The position numbers and the translations under genes are program-made. A stretch of DNA of 64,000 bases from an uncultured Planctomycetia bacterium (GTDB lineage Bacteria > Omnitrophota > Gorgyraeia > Tantalellales > Tantalellaceae), in contig CAZGQR010000004.1 of NCBI GenBank assembly GCA_964527765.1, positions 64,083 to 128,082 on the forward strand, written 5' to 3'. The notes beneath the pieces are model-generated. The model saw nothing but the letters and a program-made list of their open reading frames with translations, was not told the DNA's origin and searched no databases. Position 1 is the first letter of the stretch; the number at the start of each line of letters is the position of its first letter. Positions 56,050 through 64,000 of this stretch are shown piece by piece.

Positions 56050-57177
56050 ATGAAGATCGAATTTTACAGGCACAGCCTAGAAAAGGAAGATAAAAACGAA
56101 GTGGCAAAAGTCCTGGATTCCGTTTTTTTGACTTCCGGGGAGTGGACAAAGGCGTTTGAGCGGAAACTAGCCGATTATGTAGAAAGCAGATACGCGGTGG
56201 GATTGACTTCCTGCACGAATGCCCTGGAGATCACGTTGAAATATTTCGGAATAGAACAAGGTGACGAAGTCATCACGACGCCCATGTCCTTTATAGCGAC
56301 TGCGAATGCCGTGGAATATTGCGGGGCGAAGCCCGTGTTTGTTGATGTGGAGCCGGACACCGCGAATATCAATGCGGACCTGATAGAAAGCGTGGTCACC
56401 CCGAGGACAAAAGCGATATTACCGGTGCATCTTTACGGGCATATGTGCGATATGGGAAGAATAAGAAAGATCGCTGATAAACACGGCCTGAAAGTTATCG
56501 AGGATGCCGCCCACTGCATGGAAGGTCAAAGAGACGGCATCAAACCGGGACAAGTGGGGGACGCGGCCTGTTTCAGTTTTTACGCCACTAAGAACATTAC
56601 CTGCGGGGAGGGCGGCGCCGTTTCGTGCAATGATCCGGAGATGTATGACTGGTTATTTAAAGCAAGGATGCACGGGATGACCAAGAATGCGGCCGATCGT
56701 TATTCTAAAAAATATGAGCATTATGACATGGACTTTCTGGGGTTTAAGTGCAATATGAGTAATATCCAGGCCGCGCTTTTAATCCATCAGATTGAAAGGA
56801 TCGAGACGTTGCTGTCTGCAAGGCAAAGGATCGCCCAGCGATATGATGAAGCCTTTCTCGGCAATCCTGGTATAAAGGTGCTTGGGACTTTGCCTGGGAC
56901 CAGACACGCCAGGCATCTGTACACGATACTGGTCGATCCACGTAAGAGGGACGAATATATGCACAGGTTGCAGGAAGCGGGCGTCGGTGTCGCGATCAAT
57001 TACAGATCCATCCATCTGATGAAGTATTATCGCCAAAAATACGGGTATAAAAGAGGGGATTTCCCGGTATGCGAAAGGATAGGGGATTCGACTATTTCCA
57101 TTCCTTTTTATCCCAAGCTGAGCGATGAAGAGGCAGGATACATTATTAACGCGGTGAATTCAATGACGAATTCGTGA
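56050..57177 (+). CDS. DegT/DnrJ-family PLP-dependent NDP-4-keto-6-deoxyhexose aminotransferase
   Basis: GLTSCTNALEITL, TPMSFIATANAVEYCGAKPVFVDV, and FSFYATKNITCGEGGAV (PLP lysine region). GGAGGA RBS. Confidence 0.8.
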   Translation: MKIEFYRHSLEKEDKNEVAKVLDSVFLTSGEWTKAFERKLADYVESRYAVGLTSCTNALEITLKYFGIEQGDEVITTPMSFIATANAVEYCGAKPVFVDVEPDTANINADLIESVVTPRTKAILPVHLYGHMCDMGRIRKIADKHGLKVIEDAAHCMEGQRDGIKPGQVGDAACFSFYATKNITCGEGGAVSCNDPEMYDWLFKARMHGMTKNAADRYSKKYEHYDMDFLGFKCNMSNIQAALLIHQIERIETLLSARQRIAQRYDEAFLGNPGIKVLGTLPGTRHARHLYTILVDPRKRDEYMHRLQEAGVGVAINYRSIHLMKYYRQKYGYKRGDFPVCERIGDSTISIPFYPKLSDEEAGYIINAVNSMTNS

Positions 57178-57194
57178 GTCGATCGGGAGGTAAA

Positions 57195-58157
57195 ATGAAC
57201 AGAAGAAACGAGCAGATCGAAGCCGTTAGCGGGTGGTGGAACACTGAAAGAAACAAGGAAAAATGGGACAGGGCTTATATCAAGACAAATGTTCATGGCA
57301 GGATGTATTTGAAAACACGGCAAAGGCGCGTTCTTAATTACATGAATGAGGCCGGCTTAAAAGAGGGTTCCCGGGTTCTCGAGTTGGGTTATGGCGCGGG
57401 ACAGACGGCTTTGGAGCTCGGGAAACGGGGATTTGAGGTCTACGGCTTGGATATTTCGGAGAAATTTCGTGAGGTAGCCAGTGCAAGGTGCAGGAGGATG
57501 CATCCGGAGGGAAAATTTTATTTAAAAACCGGGAACATTGAATCAAATTATGAATTCAAGGATGGTTTCTTTGACGCGGTGGTTGTGGTTGGAGCTTTGC
57601 AGTATCTTTACGACCCTTCTGTCTGTCTGAGAGAAGTATTCAGGGTCCTCAGGCCCGGAGGGTTCTTTGTAGTAGCCCAGAGAAATATTTATTCTCTGAG
57701 CAATTTGACTTCACCGAGGGAATTCGCGCGTGCCTGCGCCCATTTTTTCCTGAGAGAAAAATACGAATTATTCCCTTCGTTCAAGTCCATACTGGTCGAC
57801 TCAAAACTGGGATGTATATTCAAACGGTTTGAAGGCTCAAAGTTTTTTAATACGCGATTCATGCTAAAAGGGCATGATGAGTGGAAATTCAAGATCAAAA
57901 AAAGGATAAATTCATATTTCTCCCTCAAGTCGATACTGAAAAGGGAGGGGTTCGCCACGCTTAAAGCCGATGGTGCCTATTATTGCGTTTCCGAGACACC
58001 GCGGTTCTTCTATATCAATCTGAAAGCGGACAGGCTGATCGAAAAAATAAACGGCAAGCTGAGAATACCTTATTTGTTCACGTTGGGAAGAAGCATTGTT
58101 TTGCTGTGTAAAAAAGGGGCGAGGGAAGCGTTTTTGCAAAGATCGGGAGGCATGTAA
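57195..58157 (+). CDS. Class I SAM-dependent methyltransferase
   Basis: Motif I VLELGYGAGQTALELG. Start at ATG 57195 directly after a GGGAGG RBS; the ORF-track start at 57174 would contain that RBS. Confidence 0.6.
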   Translation: MNRRNEQIEAVSGWWNTERNKEKWDRAYIKTNVHGRMYLKTRQRRVLNYMNEAGLKEGSRVLELGYGAGQTALELGKRGFEVYGLDISEKFREVASARCRRMHPEGKFYLKTGNIESNYEFKDGFFDAVVVVGALQYLYDPSVCLREVFRVLRPGGFFVVAQRNIYSLSNLTSPREFARACAHFFLREKYELFPSFKSILVDSKLGCIFKRFEGSKFFNTRFMLKGHDEWKFKIKKRINSYFSLKSILKREGFATLKADGAYYCVSETPRFFYINLKADRLIEKINGKLRIPYLFTLGRSIVLLCKKGAREAFLQRSGGM

Positions 58158-58295
58158 TGACTTTGTTGCAGCGGTTGATCGACAGCGTTGTTCGCATAGT
58201 ATCAAAATGGTTCAGCGGTACGGACAGCGACGATAAGGAGCGTAACGAGCCGCCTGACAGCATATACCCTTTATGGTGACGAGGAGCTGGTATCC

Positions 58296-59450
58296 ATGGG
58301 AAAAGCGTTTTTTTATTCTATCGTTTTTATATGCGGCCTTATTGCGGTAGCAGAGATATTATTCAGGCTATGTTACAGGATCATGCGCAAAAGGCCATAT
58401 CAGTTTATCCCCAGGATACCGTTTAAGAAAATGTACATTGAACCTCATCCGTACCTTCCCTATGTTTCCAAGAAGCATTTTCTGTGCAGCGAGAACATAG
58501 CGGCCCGGTTCCAGCTTAATCAGGATAAAGGGTATAAGTTCACGGAACTGAAAACGAATAATTTCCGCCATTATAACGGCCCGGACGGCAGCAGGGACAT
58601 TGTGATGCCTAAACCTGAAGGTTTGACGCGGATCAACTGTTTAGGCGCTTCGACGACAGGCAACTATATCTTCTACAACGGGCGCCAGTATAGTTATCCG
58701 ATGGAATTGGAGAAGATCTTGAAGAATTCTTTCCCGGGAAACAATACCGAGGTCAATAATTGCGGACAGGGTGGATATACCAGCGCGGAAGTCCTGATAA
58801 AATTTTTATTAGATACTATAGACACGACTCCTGATATCGTTGTCCTGTACCTTGCGTATAACGATCTACAGCCGTCCATGACGGATGGTTTTCAGGGCGA
58901 TTATTCACATGCCAAGAGAAATCTGGGTGAAATATATCATCGCTATGAATTTATCTCAAAAATTCCTTATATACCCCTTGCCATCTGGAACTATCTGATT
59001 AATGCGCGCACGTTTGGTCAGAATATACGCTTTACTCTTTTAAGCGCGATCGCCCGCAAGAACGCAAATATCGACAATGATTTCGAAGGTTTAGGAACGT
59101 ATGAGAGAAATATCGAGCACATAATAAATATCTGCAAGGCGAACGGAATACAAGTGGTCTTGTCGACGTTCTGCCACTATTTATATGACGGCATTAAGGA
59201 CAATAAAGAACATTTGAAATATCATGAAGGCATCAAGCTGGAGAACGAAATAATGAGGGGACTTTCCCGCCGGCATGATGTGCCGCTGGTCGACAATGAC
59301 ATGTTGATACCGAGGGATAATAAGTATTTCGTGGACAGCATACATTTCTCCCCCGAAGGCATGCAGATGCTCGCGGAAAACATTTCGAAGCCGATTATCA
59401 ATATTCTTAAGACGGAAAAAGTCGGGTCGTTGCATGGAAAGCAAGCTTAA
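58296..59450 (+). CDS. Membrane-anchored SGNH/GDSL-type hydrolase-fold protein (candidate sugar O-acyl esterase/transferase)
   Basis: N-terminal TM helix. Block I-like INCLGASTTGN. Block V DSIHFS (DxxH). Confidence 0.5.
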   Translation: MGKAFFYSIVFICGLIAVAEILFRLCYRIMRKRPYQFIPRIPFKKMYIEPHPYLPYVSKKHFLCSENIAARFQLNQDKGYKFTELKTNNFRHYNGPDGSRDIVMPKPEGLTRINCLGASTTGNYIFYNGRQYSYPMELEKILKNSFPGNNTEVNNCGQGGYTSAEVLIKFLLDTIDTTPDIVVLYLAYNDLQPSMTDGFQGDYSHAKRNLGEIYHRYEFISKIPYIPLAIWNYLINARTFGQNIRFTLLSAIARKNANIDNDFEGLGTYERNIEHIINICKANGIQVVLSTFCHYLYDGIKDNKEHLKYHEGIKLENEIMRGLSRRHDVPLVDNDMLIPRDNKYFVDSIHFSPEGMQMLAENISKPIINILKTEKVGSLHGKQA

Positions 59451-60351
59451 AAAAATATTCATTACAGGTGGAACGGGACTATTGGGACACTATCTGGTAA
59501 GAACCGCGCCGGGGATATATGATGTAAGTTGTACCTATTTTCCCGGGAACAAGAAGCACTCCGTGCCTTATGTCTGCGGAAAACACCATCTCGATATCAG
59601 CGATAGAGCCGCGGTGATGGACATTATAAAAAAGGCGAAGCCCAATCACGTGATACATACCGCGTCCATTGCTGACGTGGATTATGTCGAGAAAAACAAA
59701 AAAGAGGCGGAGATGTCCAATCTGGGAGGCACGAAGAACGTCATCGAGGCATGCCGGGAAGTAAATGCCGGTCTGGTGTATACGTCTTCCAACGCGGTAT
59801 TTGACGGGAAGAATCCGCCTTATTCGGAGGATGATCCGGTCAATCCTCTTAGTTACTACGGAGAATTAAAGATAAGAGAAGAAGAGCTGGTCAAAAAGAG
59901 CGGGCTGGAATATGCTATCGTAAGGCCCATATTGATGTATGGGTGGAACCTTGGGACGGAAAGAAAAAATCCGGTAACATGGCTTATTGATCTTCTCAGG
60001 ACCGGCAGGGAAGTCAACATGGTTGATGATATCTTTTGTAATCCCCTTTTTGTCGAAGATTGCACGAAAGTGATATGGGAGATCATCAGATCGGACAGAA
60101 AGGGCCTGTTTCACGTCGGGGGAGAGAACGAGATATCTAGATATGAATTCGCCCGTCTTACGGCCGATGTTTTCGGTTTCGACACAAATTGTGTAAAACC
60201 GGTTAAAAATTCTTTTTTTGCGGAAATAGCCCCACGGCCGCGAAATACCACTTATTGCATCAATAAGATCAAGAGGGAGCTGAGAATTTTTCCTTTGGGC
60301 GCGCGTGAGGGCTTGGAAGCGATGAGGGGAGCAGGACATGAAACCTCCTGA
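59434..60351 (+). CDS. dTDP-4-dehydrorhamnose reductase (RmlD)-like SDR
   Basis: KIFITGGTGLLGHYL. HLDISDRAAVMDIIKKAKPNHVIHTASIADVDYVEKNKKEA and VYTSSNAVFDGKNPPYSEDDPVNPLSYYGELK follow the RmlD pattern. Confidence 0.7.
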   Translation: MESKLKKIFITGGTGLLGHYLVRTAPGIYDVSCTYFPGNKKHSVPYVCGKHHLDISDRAAVMDIIKKAKPNHVIHTASIADVDYVEKNKKEAEMSNLGGTKNVIEACREVNAGLVYTSSNAVFDGKNPPYSEDDPVNPLSYYGELKIREEELVKKSGLEYAIVRPILMYGWNLGTERKNPVTWLIDLLRTGREVNMVDDIFCNPLFVEDCTKVIWEIIRSDRKGLFHVGGENEISRYEFARLTADVFGFDTNCVKPVKNSFFAEIAPRPRNTTYCINKIKRELRIFPLGAREGLEAMRGAGHETS

Positions 60352-61309
60352 AGTATCAATAGTAGTCGGGGCGTATAATTGCGGAGAGTTTATTCAGGCA
60401 ACCGTTTGTTCTGTTATCGATCAAACGTTCAAGAATTGGGAATTGATCGTTGTTGATGATTGTTCAACCGATGATACTTATGAAAAAGTCAAAGATATGC
60501 AGGACGGGCGTATCAGGATAATCAGGCGCGACAGCAACAGCGGCCTTCCGGCAGTAGCGCGCAACGAGGGCATCAAAACCGCGAAAGGAAAGTTTATCGC
60601 TTTTCTTGACCATGATGACATATGGTTCAGTGAAAAATTAAGCGTCCAATTAAGATATTTGGAGAAAAATACCGACATAGGACTTGCTTCCTGCTCATTG
60701 AGAACCATAAGCCCTGATAGAAGATATAATAACAGGCTGGTTACTGCCGATAAAAGCGGCCATCCAGATTATATCTACGATAAACTGTTGCGATCCAATT
60801 TTATTGCCTGTTCATCCGTTGTCGTGAGAGCTTCTGTTCTGCGGGATATCGGATTTTTTGACGAGACCCCGGAGATGGTGACCGTGGAGGATTGGGATCT
60901 GTGGCTCAGGATAGCGCGAAAACGCAAGGTCGTGTTCATTCCCGAAGTATTGGGTCTTTATAGGAGACATAGCGTCAATCTTTCCTCGGATGTCGAACGG
61001 CTCCAGAAAGCGCTATACGTCATAGACAAACATCTTGAAAAGGACTGGATCACTCAAAGACAGGCGGATGGGGCAAAAGCAAATTTTTATATTTGCGAGG
61101 GATGGAAATTCATCGATAAGGATATTAAACTCGCCAGGTCGCTATTATCTGAAACGCTGCATTTTAAAAAGTACGGCACGAGGATATTTTTCGCGGGTTT
61201 TTCCGGAATGCTCTTATCCGCGTTTCCGCCTTTATGCAGGTTTATCAAGAATAGGTCATTGGACAGGAAGCTAAAAGGCGCCATAAATTTTTGGAAACCG
61301 GACAAATAA
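60338..61309 (+). CDS. GT2-family glycosyltransferase
   Basis: VSIVVGAYNCGEFIQATVCSVIDQTFKNWELIVVDDCSTDDT and DxD LDHDD. Confidence 0.8.
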   Translation: MKPPEVSIVVGAYNCGEFIQATVCSVIDQTFKNWELIVVDDCSTDDTYEKVKDMQDGRIRIIRRDSNSGLPAVARNEGIKTAKGKFIAFLDHDDIWFSEKLSVQLRYLEKNTDIGLASCSLRTISPDRRYNNRLVTADKSGHPDYIYDKLLRSNFIACSSVVVRASVLRDIGFFDETPEMVTVEDWDLWLRIARKRKVVFIPEVLGLYRRHSVNLSSDVERLQKALYVIDKHLEKDWITQRQADGAKANFYICEGWKFIDKDIKLARSLLSETLHFKKYGTRIFFAGFSGMLLSAFPPLCRFIKNRSLDRKLKGAINFWKPDK

Positions 61310-61311
61310 TT

Positions 61312-63177
61312 ATGTGCGGAATATTTGGATCCATCACCAGAGAAGGGCTTGAAGGCAGGGAGATCGATCAGATCTCCCGTGTTTTATATCCCAGGGGACC
61401 TGATGACGAGGGCAGGGCCAGGATCGAGGCCGGGGGCGCGGTTATCGATCTGATTCACAGGCGCCTCTCGATAATTGACCTTTCCAGCCGCGCGCATCAA
61501 CCGATGTGCGATGAGAGCGGTACCGCGTGGATAGTGTATAATGGCGAGATATACAACTACAGGGAAATAAAAGAAGAATTGGTGCAAAAAGGATACCGGT
61601 TCAGGTCGGATTCCGACACGGAAGTGGCATTGAAGTCATATCGGGAATGGGGAACGGACTGCGCTAAGAAGTTCGTGGGCATGTTCGCATTCGCTGTTTT
61701 TGACAAGAGCAAGAACAGGTTTTTTATCTTCAGGGATCACGCGGGGATAAAACCGCTCTATTATTATTCCCGGGACGGGATATTCATGTTCAGTTCGGAA
61801 CTGAAAAGTTTCTTTCAGGTCCCGGGATTTAAGAAGGAAATAGACAGGGAAGCGTTGTATCTGTATCTGCTTTTCGGTTACGTGCCGTCCCCTTATTCCA
61901 TATTTGAGAATACCAATAAGCTGGAAGCGGGCTGCATCCTGGAGGTCGATCTGGAAGGGGGCATCAAGAGATCGAGATGGTGGAACGCGGATGATTATCA
62001 TGGCCGGGAAGATAAATATCTTTCGTTCGATGAGTCAAAAGAAGCCCTCAAAGAGAAGTTGTTGGCTTCATTCAGATACAGGCTTGTTGCCGACGTCCCC
62101 GTAGGAGTCTTTCTGAGCGGGGGCATAGATTCTACCTTGATCACGACCTTGCTGCAGAGGAATATGGACCGTCCGTTAAGAACTTTCACTATCGGGTTTC
62201 ATGAAAAAGGCTATAATGAGGCGGCATGGGCGAAAAATATCGCAGAATATCTGAAGACCGAACACACCGAATTCTTCTGTACCCCTTCTGATGTCATGGA
62301 AGTTATGAAGAAGCTTCCTCAAATTTACGACGAACCGTTCGCGGACAGTTCGGGGATTCCTACATATCTTTTGTCAAGACTCTCCAGAGAGCGTGTCAAG
62401 GTCTGCCTTTCCGGGGATGGAGGAGATGAATTACTTGGCGGTTACGACAGATATAAAAAAATAAAGTTGTTCTACAGGCTGCTCCATCTGCCTTTTGCCC
62501 TGAGGAAGCATTTGATCAGGAAGCTCGGGTTCACCGCCAGGATGAAATTCATTAGCGAAGATAAGATATTTAAGACCTTTTCCATGCTGAACAGCGAAAA
62601 TTTTTCTCAGAGTTATGTTTCACTTGTGAGCTACTGGAATCCTTACCAGCTTTCGGAGTTGATGGGGGCGGATAAAAGACATTTTCACAAACTTTTCTCT
62701 GAAGAAGTCGAAGGGGATTCCCTGGCCGAGAAGGCAATGCGGTGGGATTTTAATTATTATCTTCCTGATGATTTGCTCACAAAAGTGGACAGGGCATCCA
62801 TGGCGAACGGCCTCGAAGCAAGAGTCCCGATTTTGGATAAAGAGGTCTGTCAATATTCTTTCAAGATTCCTTTGCGGCACAGGTGGAACAAAAAAATACT
62901 TAAATCCATCATATCGGATTATCTTCCCAATGATCTTTTTTACAGGCCTAAACAGGGTTTTCGTGTCCCCATTTACGAGTGGTTCAGGAAGGACCTAAAA
63001 GAGCTGTTTGCCCGGCATCTTTCAAAAACCCGGCTGGACAGCCACGGGCTTTTAAACACTGATTACGTGCTTTCCGTGCTGGCCCGGTATCTTGACCGCG
63101 GAAATGTTTCCGTGCACAAGCTCTGGGCGGTGTTGATGTTCCAGATGTGGTATGAAGAATGGATGGGAAAAAAGTGA
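61312..63177 (+). CDS. asnB: Asparagine synthetase (glutamine-hydrolysing) family amidotransferase (WbpS-like, common in glycan loci)
   Basis: MCGIFGS class II glutamine amidotransferase N-terminus (start set at ATG 61312 so that Cys follows Met). PP-loop FLSGGIDST. Confidence 0.85.
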   Translation: MCGIFGSITREGLEGREIDQISRVLYPRGPDDEGRARIEAGGAVIDLIHRRLSIIDLSSRAHQPMCDESGTAWIVYNGEIYNYREIKEELVQKGYRFRSDSDTEVALKSYREWGTDCAKKFVGMFAFAVFDKSKNRFFIFRDHAGIKPLYYYSRDGIFMFSSELKSFFQVPGFKKEIDREALYLYLLFGYVPSPYSIFENTNKLEAGCILEVDLEGGIKRSRWWNADDYHGREDKYLSFDESKEALKEKLLASFRYRLVADVPVGVFLSGGIDSTLITTLLQRNMDRPLRTFTIGFHEKGYNEAAWAKNIAEYLKTEHTEFFCTPSDVMEVMKKLPQIYDEPFADSSGIPTYLLSRLSRERVKVCLSGDGGDELLGGYDRYKKIKLFYRLLHLPFALRKHLIRKLGFTARMKFISEDKIFKTFSMLNSENFSQSYVSLVSYWNPYQLSELMGADKRHFHKLFSEEVEGDSLAEKAMRWDFNYYLPDDLLTKVDRASMANGLEARVPILDKEVCQYSFKIPLRHRWNKKILKSIISDYLPNDLFYRPKQGFRVPIYEWFRKDLKELFARHLSKTRLDSHGLLNTDYVLSVLARYLDRGNVSVHKLWAVLMFQMWYEEWMGKK

Positions 63178-64000
63178 AAGTAATCCATATTACAAATATG
63201 TATCCGACAGACTCCCATTCCTATGGCGGGGTCTTTGTAAGGAACCAAATAGATTCATTGGGGAGACATGGTTTGAACATAAAGCTGAAATGCATAGGCC
63301 GGCCGTTTGGCGGGTACAGCAGGATTTTTTCCTTTAGAACAGAGATAAATGAGGCCGATATAATACACTGTCATTTCGGGCACACGGGGTCTTTGGCGCT
63401 TTTCTGGAAGCTTTTGGAGCGTAAACCACTGGTTGTTTCCTATTGCGGTGACGATCTTATGGGCGGAGTAACGGAAGAAGGCAGCTACCATTTGAAAGGC
63501 AGGCTTCTGGCGTCTTTAAATTCTCTTTTGTCCAGATATGTCGATTGCGCTGTTGTCAAGTCAAGACAGCTTGCGGAAAAGGTGAAGACAAAAAGGGTTG
63601 AACTCATTCCTAACGGAGTTGACATGGATCTTTTCAGGGAAATGGATAAGCAAAAAGCGAGAAAAAAAATCGGCTTAGAGACCGATGAAGAAAGAATTTT
63701 TTTCTTCTTGGGTCAAAAAAATGAACCGGTTAAAAATTTTTCCTTGTTTGAAAAAAGTTTAACATACCTGAATTTTAAATTTAAATTTTTTGTGCTAGAA
63801 AATATTTCATATAAAGATGTAGTGTATTATATGAATGCGGCAGACGTTTGTGTGCTGACTTCGCTCCATGAAGGCTCTCCGAACGTTATAAAGGAAGCAA
63901 TGGCTTGCAATAGGCCGATCGTTTCCGTGGATGTGGGGGATGTAAGGGAATTGTTGGGGCCTGTGGAAGGATGCTTTGTAGTGCGGCATGATCCGAAGGA
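63174..64000 (+). CDS. GT4-family glycosyltransferase, 3'-truncated by window end
   Basis: Open frame from GTG 63174 (GTGA overlap) or ATG 63198 to the window end, with no stop. N-terminus KVIHITNMYPTDSHSYGGVFV. EX7E-like HEGSPNVIKEAMACNRP. Not in the ORF track because there is no stop inside the window. Confidence 0.7.
   Translation, partial: MKVIHITNMYPTDSHSYGGVFVRNQIDSLGRHGLNIKLKCIGRPFGGYSRIFSFRTEINEADIIHCHFGHTGSLALFWKLLERKPLVVSYCGDDLMGGVTEEGSYHLKGRLLASLNSLLSRYVDCAVVKSRQLAEKVKTKRVELIPNGVDMDLFREMDKQKARKKIGLETDEERIFFFLGQKNEPVKNFSLFEKSLTYLNFKFKFFVLENISYKDVVYYMNAADVCVLTSLHEGSPNVIKEAMACNRPIVSVDVGDVRELLGPVEGCFVVRHDPK

Noticed and set aside
1-64000. tRNA, rRNA, CRISPR arrays, integrases or transposases
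   Set aside because: None seen. The intergenic regions are short and lack tRNA-like T-loop or anticodon-stem patterns. No regularly spaced repeats occur beyond the two-copy operator. No recombinase-like ORFs are present.

Overview
The window is a bacterial segment with 55 protein-coding genes, 54 of them on the + strand, and no rRNA, tRNA, CRISPR or obvious mobile element. It is probably from an uncultivated lineage. Positions 1-18.4 kb are relatively GC-rich and look like core metabolism. They hold an S11 D-Ala-D-Ala carboxypeptidase lipoprotein and a glycogen operon built from three GH57 glycoside hydrolase paralogues, one of which is fused to a GlgA-type glycogen synthase, plus a DUF4912-like gene and glgC. 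They also hold a flavoprotein and a nicotinamidase/nicotinate phosphoribosyltransferase pair, a lone O-antigen-ligase-like (Wzy_C) membrane protein on the - strand, a PurF-like amidophosphoribosyltransferase with Ser at the catalytic Cys position, a membrane PP2C phosphatase and a methyltransferase. After an AT-rich gap of about 300 bp, a visibly more AT-rich island of at least 45 kb runs from 18.7 kb to the window end. It appears to be one or a few long operons with many 4-nt ATGA/GTGA overlaps, dedicated to glycan biosynthesis and modification. It starts with a MarR-type regulator whose σ70-like promoter is followed by two copies of a TGTTCA-N5-TGAACA operator, the second copy containing the start codon. 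Downstream lie an MsbA/PglK-type ABC exporter, a TagF-like protein of about 640 aa, a SPASM radical SAM enzyme and a NodU-type carbamoyltransferase. A legionaminic-acid-like nonulosonic acid pathway follows (4,6-dehydratase, aminotransferase, Fmt-type N-formyltransferase, NeuB/LegI-like, NeuC/LegG-like, PseA-like amidotransferase, CBS-containing nucleotidyltransferase, CMP-sugar synthetase). Next is a pseudaminic acid pathway (PseB, PseC, PseF, PseG, PseI, with no PseH) interleaved with a B12-radical SAM enzyme, a methyltransferase and a WbqC-like protein. The most striking part is a cassette whose gene order and domain architectures match the Campylobacter jejuni O-methyl phosphoramidate donor pathway: a PPDK-like kinase (Cj1418-like), a C26 glutamine amidotransferase-like hydrolase (Cj1417-like), a nucleotidyltransferase (Cj1416-like) and a CysC/APS-kinase-like protein (Cj1415-like). 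Here it is interleaved with two sulfotransferase-fold proteins that keep the PAPS-type 5'-PSB and 3'-PB motifs. A second TagF-like protein and a methyltransferase follow. The island ends with a second B12-radical SAM enzyme, GT4 and GT2 glycosyltransferases, a dTDP-amino-sugar branch (RfbB, aminotransferase, methyltransferase, RmlD-like), an SGNH hydrolase, an AsnB-type amidotransferase and a partial GT4. Every functional call rests on motifs I can read in the translations; no database search was run.
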